The notes below the pieces were generated by a model that saw only the letters and a program-made list of their open reading frames with translations, searched no databases and was not told where the DNA came from. The position numbers and the translations under genes are program-made. A stretch of 64,000 nt of DNA from an uncultured bacterium (GTDB lineage Bacteria; Fidelibacterota; Marinisomatia; Marinisomatales; UBA1611), in contig CALSPG010000001.1 in the NCBI GenBank assembly GCA_943788175.1, positions 351,775-415,774 on the forward strand, in the 5' to 3' direction. How positions within the stretch are numbered: the stretch's first letter is position 1; every line of letters starts with the position of its first letter. Of the stretch, positions 31,601-41,583 are shown piece by piece.

Positions 31601-32599
31601 ACCACCAATAATTATAACATCATAATCAGAGATTTCCGAAATTTCATCTGCTTGGTTTAAAGTCAAAGTGACCGCAGAAAAGTCAAAATAGGTATCATCA
31701 TTTAATTGCGCTGCAACCAATTCTTTAGTGCCAAGGTTAGAATTACTGACAACGGCAACCTTAATGGAAGATGCATTTTCTTCATTCCAAGACGCACCGT
31801 TAATAACAGCATTGTTATTATTTGAACTTAAATCATTCGCTGTGCTACCCTGACCTTCATTAAAGCGCCAATAGCAAACTAAATTTCCAGCAGAATTGTA
31901 ACCAGAGGTATTCGAACTAAGATTTACGTGATTATAAATTGCATTTACCTCGCTACTAGGTATTGATTTATTCCAGATTGCAACATCGTCTAAACTCCCA
32001 TTTAAAAAGTATTGCGGGTTAGATGAATAGCTTTTTTTAGCACCAAGCTCGAGATTTCGAGTATTGTTTCCATTCGCGGTTAATCCTGATATTGAAACAC
32101 TAGATTCTTCATCTAAAGAGCCGTTGATATAAATTTTAGATGAGCCATTATCGGTGGTAATAAGAATATGGTACCAAGTTTCAATCTGAGGAGAAAAACT
32201 TGAACTCATTTCTGGCCAATTCCCCGATGGATGATTTCTGTATCTAAATTTAATCTCACCATCATCATTTAAAAAAACCCAGAACATATCCTCGGCCGAG
32301 AAAATGTATTGGACAGAGGATACATCATTAAAATTAACCCGAAAAGACAAGCTAAATGCATCCTCATCAGAAAAATCATAATCAGAAGAAGCAGGAATAT
32401 CTAGATAATCATCAACCCCATCAAAATTTAAATAAGAATTAGACTCACCAGAATTTCTATCTATTGATGGTGAATATTCATTTTGATAAACACTTGATAA
32501 TTCAATATCTCCTGCCCAATTACTAGAAATGAAATCAGATTCAGAAAAAGCAATAGTTGCTGTCAAAAAAATTAGAGAAAACCACATAGTAAATACCAT
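28649..32599 (-). CDS. Large secreted protein: LamG domain, glutamine-amidotransferase-like domain, tandem-95/cadherin-like Ig repeats, FN3, T9SS type A C-terminal domain
   Basis: LNFDGVDDY..WYHI..GSLDDVAIW LamG; VNDAP repeats; QNYPNPFNPST...KKMVLLK. Confidence 0.85.
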   Translation of the reverse strand: MVFTMWFSLIFLTATIAFSESDFISSNWAGDIELSSVYQNEYSPSIDRNSGESNSYLNFDGVDDYLDIPASSDYDFSDEDAFSLSFRVNFNDVSSVQYIFSAEDMFWVFLNDDGEIKFRYRNHPSGNWPEMSSSFSPQIETWYHILITTDNGSSKIYINGSLDEESSVSISGLTANGNNTRNLELGAKKSYSSNPQYFLNGSLDDVAIWNKSIPSSEVNAIYNHVNLSSNTSGYNSAGNLVCYWRFNEGQGSTANDLSSNNNNAVINGASWNEENASSIKVAVVSNSNLGTKELVAAQLNDDTYFDFSAVTLTLNQADEISEISDYDVIIIGGSGHGDGGYTTWSSNFYPNLNTYLQNGGGILILSWFIYETQSYYTGNADLAAITPYAQNPGYQYQQPGQISIVQNDHPVTNGISNFTPTCNYTEYATSIDPGAEKLGGFNNIDDAYPIIVHDHGSNGRTGYLGGLYIASTSYVTSGMRSGVEDQLLEQMVYWLAGGESNQNQPPVANSFSSSSVEDVPVNIDLISQDADNDTISYTILDGPFHGEVVFITDSTVTYSPYNNFFGLDSFKYVAYDGEAYSEPAMVTIEVTEVNDKPVAIGDHFMIAEDDTLHGELHAEDGDYSPTQQEMQDLSYSITLSTSNGTLSVIDTSGEFTYTPDVNFFGADSFLFSVTDNGTTDGAADFLSDTAMIHLFVEPMNDAPVLSAFADTSMSEDSTLVLAVFASDIDNAELSVYAYSSQDRVSAFVDDTLLYITPDADWNGTAEIVVVANDNMSRASDVEEFTIDVIAVNDAPFFTMDHFHAMGDITSGLEHWIYADDIDSDIFFTLEGTPSWISLDGSKIVGQPEQDGEYVFTLSVSDSEYVVSEQFTVYIADHRPEILSLRDVANDQGKQMQIVWKPGQVDPSLLFTQFSAWRKVNPEPDIVYFTKENNADWTLEENQDRISETVWLTRASNQGIFNIFSQDSYDPNGPSGTSWRWGATLDESHSDLAYTSLNAAILQSGYNVNQTLVQQLAGTPVFSLYLIDSDEYYDVTFTSYFGNNSGGGFSWYHSPVEFQADTSDLWDFIATVPWIGTEDEYSLVVPTLGDSTTHGVHHSTFRVTAHTEDVALYHVSEPVTGFSVDNLHPTVPQGLTALESGSSVVLQWNTQVDEDFSYHNIYKNDLNSADLAMVFTTTDSFYVDHEGTQGLYEYWITAVDSAGNESDASDIAAAVLSSSEQVTVPTVFALEQNYPNPFNPSTQIRYAIPEQSMVTISVYDMMGRKVRTLIQGNISAGYHTTVWNATNDKGLPVGAGMYIYTIRAGTYNQMKKMVLLK

Positions 32600-32610
32600 C
32601 CTATAAAATT

Positions 32611-32650
32611 AAAAAAAAATAGGCTCCCAAGATTTATGGAAGCCTATTTT
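32611..32650 (-). terminator. Intrinsic terminator after the 2453-aa gene
   Basis: Minus strand AAAATAGGCTTCC-ATAAATCTT-GGGAGCCTATTTTTTTTT hairpin plus U tract just after the stop. Confidence 0.8.
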
Positions 32651-32656
32651 AAAAAA

Positions 32657-35600
32657 CTACTTGAGAAGTACCATTTTTCTCACTTGTCTAAAATCACCCG
32701 CTTGGATTGTGTAAATATACATTCCAGCAGATACACTTCTACCTAAATTATCTGTAGCATCCCAGCGAATAGCTTTATACCCTAACTCTTGAAATTCATT
32801 AATAAGAGTACGAACCTCACGTCCCATAACATCATAGATCATGATAGAAACTATTTGAGACTCAGGAATATCATAATTAATAGTTGTCGTTGGATTAAAT
32901 GGATTAGGATAGTTTTGATGCAATGCAAACACTTCTGGTATTGATGCTTCCCCCACAGATAATACTGGCCTAGCATCAAGTATTAATGTTCGTATTTCAG
33001 AACTAAATGTAGTATCCACACCGTCTGTTGCAAAAACCATCCAGTCACATTCAACATACTGTAACCCTGCTGTTTCAAGGAGAGGTAGTGCAGATGTGTG
33101 AGGGATAGAAAGTTCAGTCATTTCTACATTTGCTGTATATAATGCTGGCGTTTCAAGTGCATATGGTCCATTATAAAGAATAAATCCATAACCCACACTA
33201 TCTCCGTCTACATCTTCACTCATTGTCCACGACACATCAATTGTTGCACCTCCAGAAGCAGATGCAGCAGTAATTACCACCTCTAAGCTGTCATCAGGTG
33301 TTATGAGTGTAAAAGCAGATGGCGCATCATTAACCGAGTTTATAGTAACCAGAACAGTATCATAAACAAATGCTCCAGAACCATCTGTTCCAACAATATG
33401 AAGCGTATCTACACCAAACATGTTAATCATTGGAAGAATCTTTAAATCATACCCATCTAAAGACCAATCAAAGATATCATTATTAGCAGCTTCAATCTCA
33501 AATTCGATACTATCTCCATCTACGTCAACAAAGTAAGGCTCTGTTTCAGAACCACTCAGGTTAACAACGATAGAATCTGCATCCTCTTCGCCAACAATAT
33601 CGACTAAAGGCATCATAATCATTGGAGCGTCATTTACAGGCATTACATGAACTGAAACGTAAAAAAGATCACTCGTTGAAAAACCATCGTTAGCCTTTAC
33701 GACTAACGGAATATCTCCAAAAAAGTTCTCATTGGGAACAATTCTGAAACCATATTCAATCGGAGTGATTGTATAATGATTTACTACAGGAGCTGTATCA
33801 TCTTCAGCTGTAATATCTAAGGTAATTAACTCCAACTGAGTGTCAGGATCTCTTATCACAAACTGATAAATAAAAACGTCAATAGAATCATCTTCAAGTA
33901 TTTCAAATGATGGAGCATCTACAATTTCAGGAGCATCATTTACCGTATTAACAGTAACAACGATAGAATCTCTTACATCATCACCTGAAGGATCAGTAGC
34001 AACAATAAAAACAGTATCTACACCTGAAAGGTTTGGATAAAATGATAAGTATAACGAATCTGAAGCAGCGAAAGCTGACACAACACCAGAACCATTCGTA
34101 AAAACATCAAAATTTAATGAGTCTCCATCGCTATCATAAAAATAAGGCGACGTTTCAGATCCGAGAAGACTTAAAACAACCTCATCTGCATCTTCATCAA
34201 CAATAATATCATTTACTGCTGTTAAGACAATAGGAGCATCATTTGACGGTAAAACCACAACTAAAAGCTCCCATACATTACTCAAAGAATCGCCGTCAGT
34301 TATTGTTGAAGGAACATACAATGTATCAGTGACATTCTCATCGGCGATAACTTTATATCCTGTTTCAACCATCTCAACGCTGTATCCGTCTCCGTCCTCA
34401 ACCATTAATGTTAGACTACTTTCATCACTATCAATATCATAATAAACAAAATCATCTAAGGTAACAGTAAAAGAATCTTCCTCTTCAATGACAAAATATG
34501 CAGCTGTGGTAATAACTGGTGCATCATTGATACTCGCAACCATTACTAACACAGTATCTGTAACAGATTCACCGCTTACATCTGTACCGATAACGAAGAC
34601 TGTATCACTACCAAAAGCATCTGGGAAAAACTCCAATTTAAGCGTGTCATTCATTACCATTGGCATGAGGAGTTCATAACCTCCAGTATATGCTTCAAAG
34701 ACTAAATCATCGCCGTCATTGTCGTAAAAATATGGAGCTGTTTCTGAACCATATAATTCAACCATAATGGGACTCGCATCTTCATCGACAGAAATGTCTG
34801 ATAAAGCAGTTGTAATCTCTGGAGTATCATTACCACCTATAACAGTTACGCTAAGTTCTAAAGCAGCACTAGAAACGATTCCATCGCTGATACTTGCTAT
34901 AATTAATAACTGTCCAGAAAAGTTTAAAGCTGGAGTAATAGTATAACCATTCGTAATAGCGCTAGCAGTATAGTTTTCGCCTGCGGCTATTTCAAGTATC
35001 AATGACTCATAGTCTGTATCTGGATCCTCTACAACAAAATCACCAATCAAAATATCAAAAGCAGTTTCTTCAAATGTTTCAAAACTTGTTGAAAAGACAA
35101 TAACTGGAGAGTCATTAATTGGCGTTATCGATATTTGAACCTCAGCTGCGTTTGAATAATATTCCCCGTCACTGCTTACATAGGTAAAAAAGTCTGATGT
35201 TGTCTCACTGCCATCGTGAACGTATGAAATTGATTGATCTTCATTTATCGTTAAGATTCCATACATCGGCTCAATTTCTACAATCAATGAAAGCAAATCC
35301 CCATCAACATCAACATCGTTCGATAGTAAGCCCGAAGATATATCAGAAACATATGTTCCTGCTTCGTCAACAACAATGACATCGTTTGTTGCTGTAGGAG
35401 CATCATTTAATGGCGTGATATTAACAGAAAATGTAACTGGAACATTATAACCGCCATCATAAGCATTTACAGTAATGTTTGAAGCAGCATCTCCATTATA
35501 ATTTAATTCTAATGCTGTCAAGGTAAGCACTTGGCCTAAAATTGAAGCAGAAATCTTATCACTACCCGTATTGGTCAATACGCTATAGACTATTTGAGAT

Positions 35601-38600
35601 GGAGCATGTTCAGCATCATACATTTTGCTGTATATATCAATTTCAACAATGCCATCTTCTTCAAGCAGTACAGGTTCACTCCAAGACCAAACTGGCTCGG
35701 TGTTAGCACCGCAAATCTCAACACTGTTTGACGTATAACTTTCCCCATCAACAATTCCGTCATTTGGTGTTACGACAGCATACCATTCGTCATTACAAAC
35801 TGTTGATAAAGCATTAACGACAGCGCCTGTTTGAGATGTTTCAAGCAAGCCATTTTTATACCATTTAATTGTAACGGTTACAGCATCATTGTCAATATCT
35901 TCTGTTAAATAGCTGACAGACAGGTTTTCATCTATTGTTGGTACGGCCGGCGTTATTGCAAGATCTGTTAGCATGGGAATATCATTAACACCATACACAT
36001 TTAAGTCAAATTGAAACGCAGTACTAAATGCACCATCTTGGTCCTTTGCAACAACGTTTATTGACAAGGAACCATTAAAGTTTTCAACAGGTTTCAATCC
36101 TGCGCCATCTGCGATGATAGCATAATTAATGCCCTCAAGAACTGATATAGTAAATGTTTGATCTATCCCATCAGGGTCAGAAATGCCAAATTGCGAAGCA
36201 ATAAAAGCAATTTCACTATCTTCAGCAATGGAACCGGCGCCGTTATACCTAGATATTGAAGGCGCGTCATTAACCTGAATAACTGTCACTGGCAAAACAA
36301 AATCTACCGATGTGGTGCCATCTGAAATAGAGTAATTCACATCTAGAGACCCAACATAGTCAGAAGCTGGGGTGATTGTTAAAGCGTCATCTGATACCGC
36401 ATACTCAGTTCCAGATACAGCCTGCAACGTAAAATCAAATGGAAAATCATTGTCAATATCTTCAATGACAAAATCATAAATAGAAGCTTCAAAACTTTCC
36501 TCTTCAAGGATTTCAGTCGCACCAGAGTAGCTTACTACAACAGGAGCATCATTGATTGCATCAATTGCAATAGAGAAATAAATATTCTTCTCTACCGATT
36601 CACCTTCTGATAAGTCCACAATTTTAAGAGATATGTCATTTTGAAATAGATTCTCATCATCTGGAGTCCCAGATAAGAGCACACTAAAAACACCGTTTGT
36701 TTCTATTACAGAACCAAGGGTCAACCACTCAGAAGCACCTCCATAAATGGAAGCGCTGTAACTATCAGCACCTGAACTATCAATATCTGTCCACGTTATT
36801 GTTTTCGAAAAAGCAGTTTCTTCAACAGCCTGCCCATCGATTACAGTTGATAACATTAAAGGATCGTTAACAGGAACAACAGAAATGACTAGATCCAATG
36901 AATCCTTTTTTTCACCATCACTAATGAAGGCTCTCACACTTAATGAACCATTATAATTAGGATCAGGTATAATTGTTTTCGAATCAGAACCGGTAGAATA
37001 GTTAGCTCCAGAAGCAAACATTAAAGAAAAGTCTAGAGGACTATTGTCAGGATCATCAACAACAAAATCATTTTCAGTTACCATAAGGTTTTCATCTTCG
37101 AAAACCTCACTAGAACCAGTGTATATTCCAATTTGTGGAGCATCATTTACTGCATTAATAGGAATGTAATAATATTCAATAAAACTTTCTTCGAAACCTT
37201 CTGAACGGTCAACAACGGAAAAAGAAACATCATTTTGCGAAAGGTTTTCATCATCTGGAACTCCAGATAATACTGCATTATAAACCCTTCCTTGCTCAGC
37301 TCCAGAACTGTAGACATTTGAAATCTCAAGCCAATCGCTTGCGGCAGCGCCTAATAATACCTCGTAGACGTTAACATCATCCGTGCCATCTGGGTCTTTC
37401 CAAGACAATGTTAAACTATATTCCTGTTCTTCATTAGCAGCACCATTATTTATTACGTCCGAACCGCTGGTTATCAGGAAAGATGGATCGTTAACCGGGT
37501 CAACATTAATCCCAACAGAATAAATTGCAGCGCCACCATTACCATCTAAAACTTGAATGTCAACATTAATAGGACCATTAAAGTTTGGTGCGGTATTTAT
37601 CATTCCAGGTGTCTCCATTGATCTCATATATTTTTCGCCAGGAAGCACAGATAATTCCATATCTACTATATCGTTATCGGGATCATCAATGGTAAAATTA
37701 TATTTTTCAAAAACAAAATTCTCATCCTCATCAAAACTAGCAGGTCCGTTGTAAGATAAAATGACAGGGTTGTCATTAACTGGGTCAATGCTTACATCCA
37801 CGAAAGATTCTGAAAAATCATTACCATCATCTGCTCTTAATGTTAATGTTGCAATAGCAGAACCGTAAAAGTTTTGTGAAACAGCAGACATAACCAATTT
37901 ACTGCCATCGAATGAAGCTGAAATCAAATCTTCACTCGTATTTCCTGTTACAGATAGACTCAACTGCGAAACCGCTTGTTCAGAGTCGTTTACAAAACCA
38001 GCCATTTCAATCATATTATTATCTGAGTCTTCAGCAATGTGAATCATTGGTATGTCTTGACTCCAAACTGGTGCTGTATTTCCGCCACAAATGGTTACAA
38101 CATTTGAAGAAATTTCGATACCTGACACCTGTCCATCACCAGGACTGACTGTCGCATACCATTCTTCAGTACAAGCAGTTGCAGCAGCGGGCAAAACAGT
38201 ACCAGAGTATGTTGTTGCTTCGCCATTCTTAAACCAGCTTATAACTGTGTTTACTTCAATATCTCCATCTGGATCTTCAAATAAATAAGAAACTGAAATA
38301 TCATCCGTTTCGTTTGGAACGGCAGGAGATAGTGCAACATCATATACCTGAGGCGGTCTATTAACAGCGATATAAGCATAAGCAGCTTCAGAACCGTGTC
38401 CTAAATTTTCACCCATATCAGTAGCACTTACTTTATAGTAAAGATGAAGGTTAGATGGCGCACTTTCATCTACAAAACTTGAAGTAGCTGAGAATCCGAC
38501 AAAATTGCTAAAATTTGGTTGGAAAAGCGAGTCTGACCCCCTGTGGATACTATAGTAATTAAAATCTTCTACATCGATTGAATTCCAAGAAAGAATAACA

Positions 38601-40018
38601 TTTGCGCCCTCTACTGTTGCAACTAGGTCTCCTGGTGCTGGTGGAGGAATATTGTCATAAGACCTACCAGATAGAGGAGCAGAATGAAAAAATACATTTA
38701 GATCTTCAGTATGTGCGACAACCTTAAATGCCGTAGGTAATTCATCTTCTAGTGTATTTACCAAAGCGGCATAGGGCTCGTGACCAACCCATGGTACTGT
38801 TGATAAGAAATCCCAAGTACCTAAATCACTCGTCATTACATCATTGCCTGAAGGCATTACGAAAGACTCTTCTTGCCCTGGAACAGTCCAGAACAAATCA
38901 CACATTGCACCACCACCATTTTCATAATATTCAAGGACTATTGTATGTTGCCCTTCATTAAGTTCTATTAAACCAGTATTCGAGGTTGGCGGGTAATCAA
39001 ACCAACTGTCTATAATTAAGGAACCATTAACAAACAATCTTACTCCGTCATCAGAATGAGTTCTGAAATTATATTGTCCAGAAATTGGAGCATTAACCTC
39101 TCCAGTCCACCTAACTTGAAAATCATCATTTACAGGCAGAGGGTTCTGGTCGAAATTTATATTAATCATTGAGTCTTCACGCGTCAGAATTAATTCTCCA
39201 AAATTTGGAGATGTGCCTGTGCCTGGGCTAGAAAAATACTCACCATAAAATACGCCATTTCCGGTTAAAACATAATCAGATGGATGCGCACTGTAGCGAT
39301 AAAGACTAAACTCTGTAAAATAAGGCAAATTAACTAAATCTCCAGGTGCCCAAGAAAGCATCATTTGTTTGCCTTGATCATTGTCTATATCAGATATAGA
39401 AACAATACGAGGGTTTTGATTTGGCGCAGCAATGGATTCAATCTCATCGATAGAAACGACACCATCAGCGTTCACGATAAAAGTAATGTTATTATTATCA
39501 CAGTCAATACCTAGATTATAATCTTCACAAAGCTCACAATTGTTATTTTCTCCAGTTTCAGGATCACCAACACAAAAATCTTGAGCCCAACCATCGTCAT
39601 AAACTGTGTAATCAATACTTATCGGTGCCTGGACCGCTCCATCTAAAAGAACAATAAAATCGTAAATCGTACCGCTCTGAAATAATCCAACGCTGCTTAA
39701 ACTAGAATCTCCAAACATCACCTCATTTCCTTGCATAACAACCGCAGGTTGACTACCCATCATATCTGAAGCAATGTATGCATCTAGGATGTTAATAGAT
39801 TGTCCAAAATTAAATCTTACCCCATCTGCAAAGTTCAAATCAGGAGAAACCACATTTATTGAAAGCTCAACAGTAGTATAGTTATCACCCTCAGCCCTAA
39901 AACCATAAGCATCGACAGAAGTACCGGTAAGATCACGACCACCCTGAGCAAAACCAACAGAAGCAATAATGGTAAAAACTAATAGAGATGTAAGATATTT
40001 GACCTTAGTCATGTTCAA
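32657..40018 (-). CDS. Giant adhesin-like protein: PA14 domain, many cadherin-like/tandem-95 Ig repeats, T9SS type A C-terminal domain
   Basis: FQVRWTG..SDDGVRLFVNG..YYENGGGA PA14; repeated (V/I)NDAP and D.D.D motifs; HQNYPNPFNPTT...RKMVLLK. Confidence 0.88.
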   Translation of the reverse strand: MNMTKVKYLTSLLVFTIIASVGFAQGGRDLTGTSVDAYGFRAEGDNYTTVELSINVVSPDLNFADGVRFNFGQSINILDAYIASDMMGSQPAVVMQGNEVMFGDSSLSSVGLFQSGTIYDFIVLLDGAVQAPISIDYTVYDDGWAQDFCVGDPETGENNNCELCEDYNLGIDCDNNNITFIVNADGVVSIDEIESIAAPNQNPRIVSISDIDNDQGKQMMLSWAPGDLVNLPYFTEFSLYRYSAHPSDYVLTGNGVFYGEYFSSPGTGTSPNFGELILTREDSMININFDQNPLPVNDDFQVRWTGEVNAPISGQYNFRTHSDDGVRLFVNGSLIIDSWFDYPPTSNTGLIELNEGQHTIVLEYYENGGGAMCDLFWTVPGQEESFVMPSGNDVMTSDLGTWDFLSTVPWVGHEPYAALVNTLEDELPTAFKVVAHTEDLNVFFHSAPLSGRSYDNIPPPAPGDLVATVEGANVILSWNSIDVEDFNYYSIHRGSDSLFQPNFSNFVGFSATSSFVDESAPSNLHLYYKVSATDMGENLGHGSEAAYAYIAVNRPPQVYDVALSPAVPNETDDISVSYLFEDPDGDIEVNTVISWFKNGEATTYSGTVLPAAATACTEEWYATVSPGDGQVSGIEISSNVVTICGGNTAPVWSQDIPMIHIAEDSDNNMIEMAGFVNDSEQAVSQLSLSVTGNTSEDLISASFDGSKLVMSAVSQNFYGSAIATLTLRADDGNDFSESFVDVSIDPVNDNPVILSYNGPASFDEDENFVFEKYNFTIDDPDNDIVDMELSVLPGEKYMRSMETPGMINTAPNFNGPINVDIQVLDGNGGAAIYSVGINVDPVNDPSFLITSGSDVINNGAANEEQEYSLTLSWKDPDGTDDVNVYEVLLGAAASDWLEISNVYSSGAEQGRVYNAVLSGVPDDENLSQNDVSFSVVDRSEGFEESFIEYYYIPINAVNDAPQIGIYTGSSEVFEDENLMVTENDFVVDDPDNSPLDFSLMFASGANYSTGSDSKTIIPDPNYNGSLSVRAFISDGEKKDSLDLVISVVPVNDPLMLSTVIDGQAVEETAFSKTITWTDIDSSGADSYSASIYGGASEWLTLGSVIETNGVFSVLLSGTPDDENLFQNDISLKIVDLSEGESVEKNIYFSIAIDAINDAPVVVSYSGATEILEEESFEASIYDFVIEDIDNDFPFDFTLQAVSGTEYAVSDDALTITPASDYVGSLDVNYSISDGTTSVDFVLPVTVIQVNDAPSISRYNGAGSIAEDSEIAFIASQFGISDPDGIDQTFTISVLEGINYAIIADGAGLKPVENFNGSLSINVVAKDQDGAFSTAFQFDLNVYGVNDIPMLTDLAITPAVPTIDENLSVSYLTEDIDNDAVTVTIKWYKNGLLETSQTGAVVNALSTVCNDEWYAVVTPNDGIVDGESYTSNSVEICGANTEPVWSWSEPVLLEEDGIVEIDIYSKMYDAEHAPSQIVYSVLTNTGSDKISASILGQVLTLTALELNYNGDAASNITVNAYDGGYNVPVTFSVNITPLNDAPTATNDVIVVDEAGTYVSDISSGLLSNDVDVDGDLLSLIVEIEPMYGILTINEDQSISYVHDGSETTSDFFTYVSSDGEYYSNAAEVQISITPINDSPVIVFSTSFETFEETAFDILIGDFVVEDPDTDYESLILEIAAGENYTASAITNGYTITPALNFSGQLLIIASISDGIVSSAALELSVTVIGGNDTPEITTALSDISVDEDASPIMVELYGSETAPYFYDNDGDDLVFEAYTGGYELLMPMVMNDTLKLEFFPDAFGSDTVFVIGTDVSGESVTDTVLVMVASINDAPVITTAAYFVIEEEDSFTVTLDDFVYYDIDSDESSLTLMVEDGDGYSVEMVETGYKVIADENVTDTLYVPSTITDGDSLSNVWELLVVVLPSNDAPIVLTAVNDIIVDEDADEVVLSLLGSETSPYFYDSDGDSLNFDVFTNGSGVVSAFAASDSLYLSFYPNLSGVDTVFIVATDPSGDDVRDSIVVTVNTVNDAPEIVDAPSFEILEDDSIDVFIYQFVIRDPDTQLELITLDITAEDDTAPVVNHYTITPIEYGFRIVPNENFFGDIPLVVKANDGFSTSDLFYVSVHVMPVNDAPMIMMPLVDIVGEEDADSIVVNLSGSETEPYFVDVDGDSIEFEIEAANNDIFDWSLDGYDLKILPMINMFGVDTLHIVGTDGSGAFVYDTVLVTINSVNDAPSAFTLITPDDSLEVVITAASASGGATIDVSWTMSEDVDGDSVGYGFILYNGPYALETPALYTANVEMTELSIPHTSALPLLETAGLQYVECDWMVFATDGVDTTFSSEIRTLILDARPVLSVGEASIPEVFALHQNYPNPFNPTTTINYDIPESQIVSIMIYDVMGREVRTLINEFQELGYKAIRWDATDNLGRSVSAGMYIYTIQAGDFRQVRKMVLLK

Positions 40019-40087
40019 GTTCCTTTTATAATAAATTTATAATGTAAATAATTGTGCTAAAAACAAAGTTTAACTTAGCTATAAACC

Positions 40088-40102
40088 TGATATTTAATAT
40101 CA
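40088..40102. promoter_or_regulatory. 7-1-7 palindrome upstream of the giant adhesin gene (candidate operator)
   Basis: TGATATT-T-AATATCA perfect inverted repeat 70 bp upstream of the start. Confidence 0.3.
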
Positions 40103-40214
40103 CTTAACGAACAGATATTCTGAGGATAAAGGTAATTAGATTATATAGTTGTTTAAAATATGAATTAATATATTTCCCAGTTCTATTATTTATGATTTTA
40201 GGAATAATATACTT

Positions 40215-40883
40215 TTAATATGGACCATATAATTCCATAATTCTTTTTGTTAATGTTTCTTTTGTATGCCTAAATGATTCGGTATTCTCCATAATAGCCT
40301 CAAAAGCTTGATGGATTTCTTGCGTATTTTCAACAATCATCGATTTATTATCCCTAATATCATCATCGAAATTTGATAATTGCTCAATCGCTTTTTCAAT
40401 TAAAGATTCTCTTTCATCTAGTTTTTTTCTGAATAGCTCAATCCGAATATCAATTTCTGCTGACAATTCATCGTAATGAGTATAAATTAAGTCATTGTTT
40501 TCAGAAATTAGTTCTTTTGCCTCATAAATATCATTTTCTCTACTAATAGTCCTTATTTCGTTTTCTCTCACACGATTAAGTAATTCCTCATTTTGCTTAC
40601 GTTGCTTATCCGCAACACTATTAATGGAGTACTGAACTTTGTTTTTATCGTAAGAGGCAACTTTACCACTCCCATCTTCAACGCCTCCAATAAAAGCTGT
40701 AATTTCTCCTAACCTGTTGTATGTGGTAATAAAACCACCATTTTGATTATCTACAACCTTAATCGAATTAACGGTAATATCTCCTAAATTGTTACTTTTT
40801 GAGGCTGTAAACATAACAAAACTTGCTGAAAGGCAAATTGCTGTAATAAATCCATGTAAGTATTGACTCATTTTTGACTCCAA
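40215..40883 (-). CDS. Signal-anchored hypothetical protein with beta repeat and coiled coil (paralog family)
   Basis: YLHGFITA N-terminus; GDITVNSIKVVD; IxxN heptads. Confidence 0.75.
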   Translation of the reverse strand: MESKMSQYLHGFITAICLSASFVMFTASKSNNLGDITVNSIKVVDNQNGGFITTYNRLGEITAFIGGVEDGSGKVASYDKNKVQYSINSVADKQRKQNEELLNRVRENEIRTISRENDIYEAKELISENNDLIYTHYDELSAEIDIRIELFRKKLDERESLIEKAIEQLSNFDDDIRDNKSMIVENTQEIHQAFEAIMENTESFRHTKETLTKRIMELYGPY

Positions 40884-40913
40884 TTATTAAAATTGTAAAA
40901 ATTAATTAATATT

Positions 40914-41522
40914 TTATCTAGAAGTAGAATTCAGTATACCCTTATCACCTCTACCCACTCCTACCATCGCTCTGAAAAGACCGGCATTATTATTCACACT
41001 TAAAAGACCAGCATCATTTTGGTCTGTTCCGAGAAAAACGGTTTCTAGCCCTAGGCCATTATACGCTTTAATTTGGCCACCATTAATTTTGTTTGTGCCC
41101 ACATAGACTGTTTTGCTCCCACGAAGATTAAAACACGTCATTCGGCCACCTTCATTACTAACAGACTCAAGCTTTAGCGATGTTATACCGCCGCGTCCAC
41201 CTAAAATTATTTTACCATTATTTTTTTTATCGACTTCCATACTCACAACATCTTTGCCTAAAGAATTTCGAAGCTTTAAAAATCCGCCGTTTTTTTTTGA
41301 CAAAAATTCAATATCGGCATTTTTACTTTTTGAGGATTTAAGCCATAAGTAAGACTTGAATTTATCATTACCAATTTTACCGACGACCTTTCCTTTTTCA
41401 TCAACTATGGTAATATTCTGGACAGTAAGATTATCAATGGAACGCTTATTTGCACCTATAAAAAGGAAAAAGCTTGTGGTTAAAACTATTGCAGAGATGA
41501 AACCTGCCATATACTGATTCAT
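40914..41522 (-). CDS. Signal-anchored beta-repeat hypothetical protein (paralog family)
   Basis: YMAGFISA N-terminus; about 22-aa Gly-rich repeats. Confidence 0.75.
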   Translation of the reverse strand: MNQYMAGFISAIVLTTSFFLFIGANKRSIDNLTVQNITIVDEKGKVVGKIGNDKFKSYLWLKSSKSKNADIEFLSKKNGGFLKLRNSLGKDVVSMEVDKKNNGKIILGGRGGITSLKLESVSNEGGRMTCFNLRGSKTVYVGTNKINGGQIKAYNGLGLETVFLGTDQNDAGLLSVNNNAGLFRAMVGVGRGDKGILNSTSR

Positions 41523-41583
41523 ATAAACTCCTAATTAATCCAATTAAAAATTATAGATGAATAGGTTTTACTATTTTTTGAAA

